A stretch of DNA of 64,000 bases from Picochlorum sp. SENEW3 (taxonomy: Eukaryota), in contig CP120453.1 in NCBI GenBank assembly GCA_034226945.1, positions 496,001 to 560,000 of the forward strand, given 5' to 3'. The notes beneath the pieces are model-generated. The model was not told where the DNA came from. It made no database searches and saw only the letters and a list, made by a program, of their open reading frames with translations. A program made the position numbers and the translations under genes. This document shows, one piece after another, positions 56,002 through 64,000 of this stretch. Each line of letters starts with the position of its first letter. Position 1 is the first letter of the stretch.

Positions 56002-57274
56002 TCAAACAGTAAAGACGATGCCATCGAGAATGCGCGACTTTTGGTCCTGAGCAACGCATTCTGAAATCCACATGATGTTTCGGATCTCTTGCTCCCGCAG
56101 TGCCATGTAGCTGTGGAAAAGGCCAAAATGGAATTGTTGCTCGAAAGAATTCACCGATCGTCGGACTTCTTCATCATACAACATTTTATCTAGTATATGT
56201 GCTTCTCCATTCCCGATTCGAGAGAAGATGGATGCATACTCTGGCACACGCTCCATGGCTGCCCTAACGCTATCAAAATCATCAGCTGCTGCCAACTCTG
56301 CCTGGCCGTGTGGATACAACAACCCATGCCTCGAGTATAATTGCCGCCTATCATCACGAGTTAATTCTGTACCGATCGAATTGAGGGTAATGTTCAATGC
56401 TCGTCTATCTGCTTCAAATGCGAGGGTCTCTCCCATGACCTGTGCGGTGGTCCCTCCCAGCGAGGCACAAAACTTGGCAAAATCGTCCAAATATGCTTTA
56501 TACAGCGTGTTACGCAAAATCTCTACATTCATCTCATCCAAATCCTCCGAAGACAGGTTCTCTGAGAAATATGGAGCGAGTGGGGTATCCACCAGAACCA
56601 ATCTGTACAAATCCCTGACATTCTGGGCGACAGCCAAAGAGGCCAGTGAATCAAACATACCCAAAGGATGACACTTTTCCATCAACTCCCCCACATCGCG
56701 CTCATGAAGAGTTCCAGTCACAATGAGCACGACATTGTCAATCATATGCCCATACGTACAGTAATCCAAGAATTTCCCTAGGGGCTCTCCAGCATTTTCT
56801 CTCAGGTATGTCCAATCATCCACCAATTTTCGCGTACAAGCATCCACCAAATTCGTAGTCATAAGAGGAGAAGGCTGGTTCTGCACATATTCCCCAAAAT
56901 CCGTCCCTGTGAGATATAATTTGACGTCCTCCAGGGTATCACATTGAGCTAGATTGTTGTAGTCCGCCGTTGTCAACAGACCCAGTTTGTGCCCTCGCAC
57001 GATTGCTTCTGCAACAATGTTTTTATATACATAAACAGATCAGTATGGATATCACAGAGAGGTTTTGAGTAGAAGCGACAGGGAAAGATCATCATGTTCA
57101 CGTGAGATTTCCAACCCTCAAACGACGTTATTGGGTTCCTCCACACCATTAATTATTTCACTATTTATTAAATCAATGTATTGGAAGCAAAATATTTGGC
57201 CAACCGTACGTACCGAGGAAACCGGACTTGACATTAAAAAACGACATTTCTGCCGTTGTACTTAGCCACGACAT
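56002..57274 (-). CDS. VHA-d: V-type H+-ATPase subunit d; exons 57274-57214 and 57008-56002
   Basis: Spliced FNVKSGFLEAIVRGHKLGLLT...; GHMIDNVVL, KCHPLG, EILRNTLYKAYL, EQEIRNIMWISEC. Confidence 0.96.
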
Positions 57275-57706
57275 GGTATACTTTTACCTGTATCGCACTG
57301 TGCTAGAAGCATATAAATGCAGAAAAATAAAAAGTGATTGGGTCTACTGACCATACCAGCTGTGTACAGACATATGTCAGCGGCAGGAGAGGTGCGCCCA
57401 TCCCCTGCATCGTATGATGCCACTCTGAGACCATGCATGAGGCAATTGCCATGGTATCCAGTGATGATATCACGACACATAGTGGTAAGGATATACAGAA
57501 AACCAAATATCCCTCACAGGTTGTGATCATCAGCAGCAGCATGACGAAAAGAAACAAGGCACTGGTGGTGGTGGTGGTTGTACATCATCGGGGAGAAGAG
57601 GGCTGTATAAACGACCCATTTTGACCACCATCCATCGCACAGATATGTGTGTATATCCAACACAAAGACATGCATGTCTATGCGAAATACAGTATTATTG
57701 ACCGAA

Positions 57707-58654
57707 ATGTCTTTCCAGGAGAAAAGTGGTACTCAAGGGTATAGGGATCTCCATGAAAGCAGGCCTCTGTGGAGCTCAGTGGAGGAGGAGGATGAAGACA
57801 TAAAGAAGAACACATTCAGTGCTCATTGTCCCAATGAGAGTGAAAATAATGCACAAAAATGGCTCAAGATATGGGTATGTGTCTTGCTATGAGCCGTTTC
57901 GTTCCTGTTCATCCCAGAAATCATCTTCTTTTCCAAGTAGGCAGCAGCAGCGTGTTTGGCAAGGCTGGTCATCCCTTCTTCCATCGTATTAGTGGTGTAT
58001 ATCGTGACAGATCTATACAAACTCGATCCAAATATATTATATGGTGTATATATTCTATGGGGCGTTTCTGGATTCCTTGGGCTGTCTGGAATTGTGTGTC
58101 TCCTGTCAGGGCACATGGCCATGCTGGCTGCACACCTCTGCATGTCATGCATACTGACACCAGTGGCGCTCGCTTCCTATACATCTTGGTTCTTTTCGAT
58201 GTATCAAATATGCCAGGATCACCAATCATACGCAGGATGCTCAGCGTGGCAGACTAAAAACTATGCATACTACATGCTGTCTTTTGTTGGTGTAGTCTTC
58301 TGCATCCCGTCGAGTGTGGAAGCATATATATCCCTAGCATTGGTGTATAATGAACATATGTGTCAAAATATGAAACGTATAGCTCGGGAGAAATCTCTGC
58401 AACACATGGTTGATCAGCAAACAAGGTTGCTAGCAGCAGCAGATACACCCACAGTGACACCAGAGACCCTACGCTCATGGGTATCAGAACTCCTCATGAG
58501 TGGGGATGTAGCATGCAGGCAATCAGGGAATATGTGCATGACAGCACTGCGACGGAGGGGATATAAACTCAAAGTCATCACAGATCCGGCGGACCTCTGG
58601 AGTCCATATCCTCATGATGTACCACACCAATTGGTTCATAATGAAGTTGTGTGA
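57707..58654 (+). CDS. Hypothetical multi-pass membrane protein; probable intron about 57875-57940
   Basis: Hydrophilic exon 1 ending WLKIW|GTATGT spliced in phase to ORF 57956..58654, which has about 4 TM segments. Confidence 0.6.
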
Positions 58655-58940
58655 TACTGATGCTGCTCCTCTTTATAGTATCGATTTGACATGATCCCAT
58701 GGTATTGTAGGAATGAAGAAAATGTAGATATATCCAATGATACGACGTGTTTCGTATTACAATATGTTGGTGCAGCATGAATTTGCTCAACTCTTCTGAT
58801 ATTTTGCTGAAACCTTCCTTACAATCAACTCTGCAATAGAATATTACAAGTTTTGTTTCTTCTATTGTTACATAAGTATGAATGATAGTTAGTATTTCAA
58901 CCGTTGGCATTTTTTATCAAAGCTTGATTACATGTAGTAG

Positions 58941-59472
58941 CTAGCTCCGCAGAGGAGGGGAGATGAGAATCACCCCATCCCCTCTCACAAACAGGAAAGG
59001 CAGCATTCGCTTTTTCGTCTGCATCAAACATTCAATCGATCAAATATTTAGTACCATGCTGCTGGAACAGCATGCACGATGTCCATGGGTAAAGCATACC
59101 TGAATAATCTCTTCAAATGTCTCCTCATCAATCTCCGTCTTTGTCACAGTCTCCTCCACGTCCCCTAATATTATGTTCAAATGCTGATCATATGCCTATA
59201 TAGACACACATATGGATCACTCAGAATTCGGCATGTATATGAGAACGACAAGAATCTGAGATTATTGTTTTAGATTCTAAAAAAAATCATGTTCAACCTG
59301 AAGCACGTACATGCAGCTTGCCTCGCAGTTCTCTATCCCCCTTCATTTTAACAAAAACATGCTCATCTAAACTTAATCGAACCAGATCAAGAGGCTCCTT
59401 GACGGTGACGTCGTCTTCTTGACCAAGCGCATCCGCTGCACTTGGCAAATTACCTTGCTGTTCCGCTGACAT
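58941..59472 (-). CDS. LSM3: Sm-like protein LSM3; exons 59472-59311, 59195-59100 and 59018-58941
   Basis: [42 protein letters not shown]...[30 protein letters not shown]. Confidence 0.95.
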
Positions 59473-60072
59473 ATTCACTGATCTCGTGATATAATTTTTA
59501 CAACAAATTAGCTATAGATTTTCTTCACATATCGTTGGGAAAGCGTGGATATTTCTTTCTTTCTTCTGCACATCTCTTCTTCTTCCTTGTTTTGAATTTT
59601 GCATGTTCCCAAGTACCCTTCTTCCTTCTCTTCTTCAACCGCATTCAGACCTATGGGTATTCTTTGTCGTCTTGACTGATCTGTTGATGAAATGGAGAGG
59701 ACGCGCATAGGGTTACATATATGCTCTGCGTATGCACATGTACAGAGTTGTCTGATGGGCTTCTTCTTCCTTGGAAGGATCCCCCCACACTGTAACATTG
59801 CCGCCCCAATGATTGTGACCTCGCCCATCAAATCTCCATCGTCATGGTGGCAATCATGATGATGATATACCATGGCCTAGAAGGCAGCATACGTGCCCCA
59901 CACCTGACTGACCAGATCAGGTCATCAATTCATGAATGGGTGGGAAAAGTCTACTATTCATGATGGATGGTTGGATGATCCAGGCATGATGAGTCTGATA
60001 CCACATCGACCATTCGTATATCCAAATCCAAACGAGTACTCGTGTTATTCTATAGAAGAATCTTCGAGTACA

Positions 60073-61131
60073 ATGCAAAGATCACTCGCATTGAACAAAA
60101 CAAGGGGACTGTTGCAGGGTAGTACAACGAGGCAGGCAAGTTTTTCGCAACAGGTCCAACGCAGAGTGGCATTGACTCCTCGTACAGTATTAAAATCCCG
60201 TATATCTGCAATGTCTGGTCAGAATGGAGGTCCTCAGAAGGCGACATTGGAGGATAAGAAGGCTCTTATCGACAAGGTCGATTGCTTCATTTTCGACTGC
60301 GATGGGGTGATTTGGAGAGGAGATTCCGTTATTGAAGGTGTTCCTGAAACTCTTGAGTACCTGAGATCTTTGGGGAAGCAATTGGTGTTTGTGACGAACA
60401 ATTCTACCAAGAGTCGTGCTGGGTACCTGAAGAAGTTTACAGGTCTTGGGCTCAACGTGAATGCTGAGGAGATTTATTCATCTTCGTATGCCGCTGCTGC
60501 GTATTTGGAAGCTACTAATTTCCCAAAAGACAAAAAAGTGTATGTTTTGGGTGATGTGGGGATTGAGGAGGAATTGGATCTCAAGGGAATTGCACACATG
60601 GGTGGGCCAGCAGATGCTGACAAAAAGGTGGAGCTGACTCCAGGAACGTATTTGGAGCACGACAAGGATGTGGCCGCGGTGGTTGTAGGATTTGATAGAA
60701 ATATCAACTATCATAAGATTCAGTATGCAACTCTTTGTATTAGAGAGAACCCTGGGTGTGAATTTATTGCCACCAACTTGGATGCGGTGACTCACTTGAC
60801 AGATGCCCAAGAATGGGCTGGAAACGGTGCCATGGTGGGGGCGATCAAAGGATCGACAAAGAGGGAGCCAACTGTTGTTGGAAAGCCTGCTGACTTCATG
60901 CTGGAGAATATTGCGAACAAGTTTAATTTGAAGAGAGAGCAAATCTGTATGGTTGGAGACAGGTTGGACACGGATATTCTGTTTGGAAAGAATGGTGGAT
61001 TGACCACTACTCTAGTGCTGTCTGGTGTGACCACGGAAGAACAGCTTTTGAGTCCAGAGAATTCAGTTCATCCAGATTATTACATGACCAAGCTTCCAGA
61101 ATTGTTGGAAGTTGCCAAGGTGACTGTGTAA
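60073..61131 (+). CDS. PGLP1: Plastid phosphoglycolate phosphatase (HAD IIA)
   Basis: Transit peptide from ATG 60073; FIFDCDGVIW, FVTNNSTKSR, GKP, MVGDRLDTDILFG. Confidence 0.95.
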   Translation: MQRSLALNKTRGLLQGSTTRQASFSQQVQRRVALTPRTVLKSRISAMSGQNGGPQKATLEDKKALIDKVDCFIFDCDGVIWRGDSVIEGVPETLEYLRSLGKQLVFVTNNSTKSRAGYLKKFTGLGLNVNAEEIYSSSYAAAAYLEATNFPKDKKVYVLGDVGIEEELDLKGIAHMGGPADADKKVELTPGTYLEHDKDVAAVVVGFDRNINYHKIQYATLCIRENPGCEFIATNLDAVTHLTDAQEWAGNGAMVGAIKGSTKREPTVVGKPADFMLENIANKFNLKREQICMVGDRLDTDILFGKNGGLTTTLVLSGVTTEEQLLSPENSVHPDYYMTKLPELLEVAKVTV

Positions 61132-61143
61132 ATGCTGTACATT

Positions 61144-61722
61144 TCATTTCGTTTGTGTAATCCATTCTTGTGTTGTTATGACATGCACGCCCATGTTCTT
61201 CATATCGAATAAATTAGCATTCTGTACGTCCATACTCGCCGATGCAGTCGCATCGGATAGCACCGTCACGGATGGAAAGTCCAACCCAACAGCATCCATT
61301 GCTGTCCCTCGAATACAGTTGGGTGTCTGCACACCGCACAGCACAATATGTTCTACGCCGAGTCCATGACGAATCAAGCTTTCCAAATTTGTAAACATGA
61401 ATGCGCTGAATCGCTTTTTACTGATCACATGATCTTCTGGCATGATGGTGAGGCCCTGAACAAGCTCTGCCCCAGGGGTCCCCTTCACAGTGGCTCCGTT
61501 GCCATTGGCAAATAAGTTTCTACGGAAGAGTTCTACATCACATCCAGATGGATGATGCTCCCTAATGACCCATATGATTGGTATCGACTGGCGTCTTGCT
61601 GCGTCAATCGCCTGAATAACGTTGGGAAGGCAAGCCATGGCTCCTTGGACACAGAGAGGAGCTCCAGGAAGGCAGAAATCATTCTGCATATCAATGCAGA
61701 TCAGCGCCTGGTTTTTACTCAT
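61144..61722 (-). CDS. Isochorismatase/cysteine hydrolase family protein
   Basis: ALICIDMQNDF, KKRFSAF, CGVQTPNCIRGTA, DATAS. Confidence 0.92.
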   Translation of the reverse strand: MSKNQALICIDMQNDFCLPGAPLCVQGAMACLPNVIQAIDAARRQSIPIIWVIREHHPSGCDVELFRRNLFANGNGATVKGTPGAELVQGLTIMPEDHVISKKRFSAFMFTNLESLIRHGLGVEHIVLCGVQTPNCIRGTAMDAVGLDFPSVTVLSDATASASMDVQNANLFDMKNMGVHVITTQEWITQTK

Positions 61723-61869
61723 AAATAATAATTTGATTTGAATGTATTCTGCCAGAGAAGGAAAAAACAGATATTGGCGAAAGTAAGAAGTGAAAGTGCC
61801 TCTGTTTGTTTGGGTACAAATGATTCTATTACATTCAACGACACAGTACTGTTATCCCATGATAACTGA

Positions 61870-63945
61870 TTATTCAAATGATGTGGTGTTTTTGGTGGGC
61901 ATTCGTGTCAAGACGGATGGGCGCGTTCCTCGATTCTTGCTTTTTGAATTCCGTCGTCTCTTTATTTCAGCCTGACGGAGTTTTTCCAACTGCAATCCAG
62001 CCTCTCTGCGGGTTGTGTTGCCAGCAATATCATCCCAATCGAATGCAAGGGATGAGTCTGATGTGACGCTCTTCCATGATTCGAATTCATGGATGAGCAG
62101 TTCTGTCTTGCCAGAGTTGGGGATGATGTTTGTGCACAAGGAACGGAGGACTGCTGGATCTGCTCTCTTTTGCTCTGGACTCCCTAGAATTAATCCATGT
62201 ACTCTCAAGCCAAGTTTATCTTTTGCTCCTGAAAGCTTACGCATAATTTCATGCTCAGGCTGGCGGAGTTCTCCATCGGAGACGAGGAGGATATCACTGT
62301 TTGCCCATTGGGCCTGTGTGAGCCTTTCCAGGCACATTTGGATTGGGGCATTGAAATTGGACCCTCCATTGAACGTTTTTTCCAGAAACTCCAAGATATT
62401 TTCTATGCTTTTGGCATCCATATTGAGTTCGAGTTCACGGACTTCTCGTACTCCAGCGAATGCAAAGACATAACAGCCTCGTTCTTGTATTTTGGCAGCT
62501 CTCATGCATTCCAGGGTGAGTGCCTTTGCCACAACCTCGCGTGGACCCCTCATGGATCCCGAGGTATCTACGCATAGAAGAATGGGTCCTCTATCAGCTG
62601 TTGGCCTGATCTCACGCCTATCAATATCGATCTGCGTGGGGAATTCACCCCACCCATCTCTCTCGTATGTTTGCAGGCTCTTCTCAACCAACTTTGCATA
62701 GAAAATCAGCTTTGATGCAGGTATTTTGATTCCACGAGCAAGCGTTGCTGCCTCAGATGGTAACAGTCTGGAGATATCATCACTACGAGTCAAACCACGG
62801 GTCTCCTGAGCTTCCAATGTTGTTCTCAGCAGTCCCATCCTTGCATTCATGTCCAGGTGTTGTGTTGGGGCTCTGCGCAGTGGCCCCCATCCCCCGCCTC
62901 GACCAAGTGATCGTACAAGGTCTCTTAATTCTTTTATATTTTCGAGTTTCTCACGTAATTCATCCATCTTCTGCCAGCCCTTTCGATTCCACAGATTCCC
63001 ATCCAATGAGAACTCCCCACTTCCAAGTAATGATTCAAAACCTTGAAACGCTTTGCCTGCCTTATTCATGGCATCTATTGGCTTTTTCCATCTCTCAACA
63101 AGTCTTAGCACAAGAGCTTTGGCCCACTGTTCTTGCACGGTCAACTGCATCCTGTCCTCTTGATCCAGAAAGGTGACAAGCACATCATCTTGCTTCTTCT
63201 TCTTTCTCTCTTCTTCTTCTTTTACTTTCTGCGCAGCAACAATCATTTCAGGTGTCATATTAGGGTTGCGGTATTTTTTCTGCTGCTCTTCTTGCTTCTT
63301 CCCAATCTCCTCTGCATTTTCATACGCGTGACCATGCTCATCCGTCTCCCTTTCCTCTTCCTCCTCTGTATATCCACGTGTTCGTTTGACATACTCCAGA
63401 ACAGTCTCTAATATACCTCGCAAAAGAGTATCTTGTATCATGGGATACTTTGCAGCGAGGGATGAAATACCCAGCACGGACAAATCCTTGATCAAAGAAG
63501 CACGCAATGGTTCCATGGGCCACTGGCAATATTCCTCCCGACCACGGAGGCACGAGACGCCTTCGGTATGCGACAAATATTTCAAGGCTGCAGAATCAGG
63601 AACAAGGCCATGCTCGAGAGAAATCTTCCAGGCCAGTACCCCCAATGCAGTGTCCTGAATAACACCCTCAGCATGCGCTTCTGTCACTGTGTCATCTGCC
63701 GTCTCCTGTGTCATGGATTCGATATGAGCGATCCGAAGAATCAGTGGCATTAGGTGTGCTGGAACCATGCCCACATCACCCAGTCCATGGAGAAGCGCTG
63801 AATGACCCTGATGCTTTTCTTGCAACACCGCAGGAGCGTCGGTAGAAGCAGCAGCCGTGAGCCTCCGTGACGACGGCGAAAGAATTTGGGACGCACGTGC
63901 CGACGTGGAGCAATTGATCAACAGAAATGCTCTTTTAGGATGCAT
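61870..63945 (-). CDS. ViaA (YieM)/CoxE-like VWA-domain protein with a transit-peptide-like leader
   Basis: LVRSLGR, RSDDISRLLPSE, RGPILLCVDTSGSM (MIDAS), E.VAKA, FLEKTFNGGSNF, DILLVSDGE; first ATG at 63945. Confidence 0.8.
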   Translation of the reverse strand: MHPKRAFLLINCSTSARASQILSPSSRRLTAAASTDAPAVLQEKHQGHSALLHGLGDVGMVPAHLMPLILRIAHIESMTQETADDTVTEAHAEGVIQDTALGVLAWKISLEHGLVPDSAALKYLSHTEGVSCLRGREEYCQWPMEPLRASLIKDLSVLGISSLAAKYPMIQDTLLRGILETVLEYVKRTRGYTEEEEERETDEHGHAYENAEEIGKKQEEQQKKYRNPNMTPEMIVAAQKVKEEEERKKKKQDDVLVTFLDQEDRMQLTVQEQWAKALVLRLVERWKKPIDAMNKAGKAFQGFESLLGSGEFSLDGNLWNRKGWQKMDELREKLENIKELRDLVRSLGRGGGWGPLRRAPTQHLDMNARMGLLRTTLEAQETRGLTRSDDISRLLPSEAATLARGIKIPASKLIFYAKLVEKSLQTYERDGWGEFPTQIDIDRREIRPTADRGPILLCVDTSGSMRGPREVVAKALTLECMRAAKIQERGCYVFAFAGVREVRELELNMDAKSIENILEFLEKTFNGGSNFNAPIQMCLERLTQAQWANSDILLVSDGELRQPEHEIMRKLSGAKDKLGLRVHGLILGSPEQKRADPAVLRSLCTNIIPNSGKTELLIHEFESWKSVTSDSSLAFDWDDIAGNTTRREAGLQLEKLRQAEIKRRRNSKSKNRGTRPSVLTRMPTKNTTSFE

Positions 63946-64000
63946 AATGCCATAATCACTACTCCAAAGGCCATGATGGAGCGATTTATACACACAAAAC

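Noticed and set aside
59856..59910. ATGATGA...CTGA box C/D-like pair (similar pair at about 45806-45844)
   Set aside because: Too short, no terminal stem or recognisable rRNA guide; such motifs are common in this TGA-rich sequence

Overview
Eukaryotic nuclear DNA from a very compact, intron-poor photosynthetic green alga. Evidence: plastocyanin, plastid RPL11, TGD3 and PGLP genes with transit peptides; short GT-AG introns with GTACGT/GTATGT/GTGCGT donors; TGTAA poly(A)-like signals. A Picochlorum-like trebouxiophyte is my inference, not a determination. About 35 protein genes are packed head-to-tail or tail-to-tail, mostly housekeeping: NDUFS5, RBBP5, class II formin, RPL11, D2HGDH, OSBP, CWC2, WDR11, TRAPPC1, JMJD5, SLC35A, RlmN, MiaA/IPT, TGD3, HVA22, TRM3, pcnB-like, UBP26, TTC1, PETE, VHA-d, LSM3 and PGLP. 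Several spliced models were rebuilt by hand because the ORF track misses or fragments them. No rRNA, tRNA, CRISPR or intact mobile element was recognised. Most notable: (1) an NELF-A-like gene in a green alga; (2) a Golgi-type methyltransferase-GT8 fusion near a nucleotide-sugar transporter; (3) an SH3BGR gene and JMJD5 separated only by an in-frame TGA plus 24 nt; (4) a dense palindrome cluster directly after an XPA-C-like orphan gene; (5) a ViaA-like VWA protein with a transit-like leader; (6) two decayed genes (SnoaL-like, carnosine N-methyltransferase-like). All family assignments come from motif recognition by eye; no database search was run.
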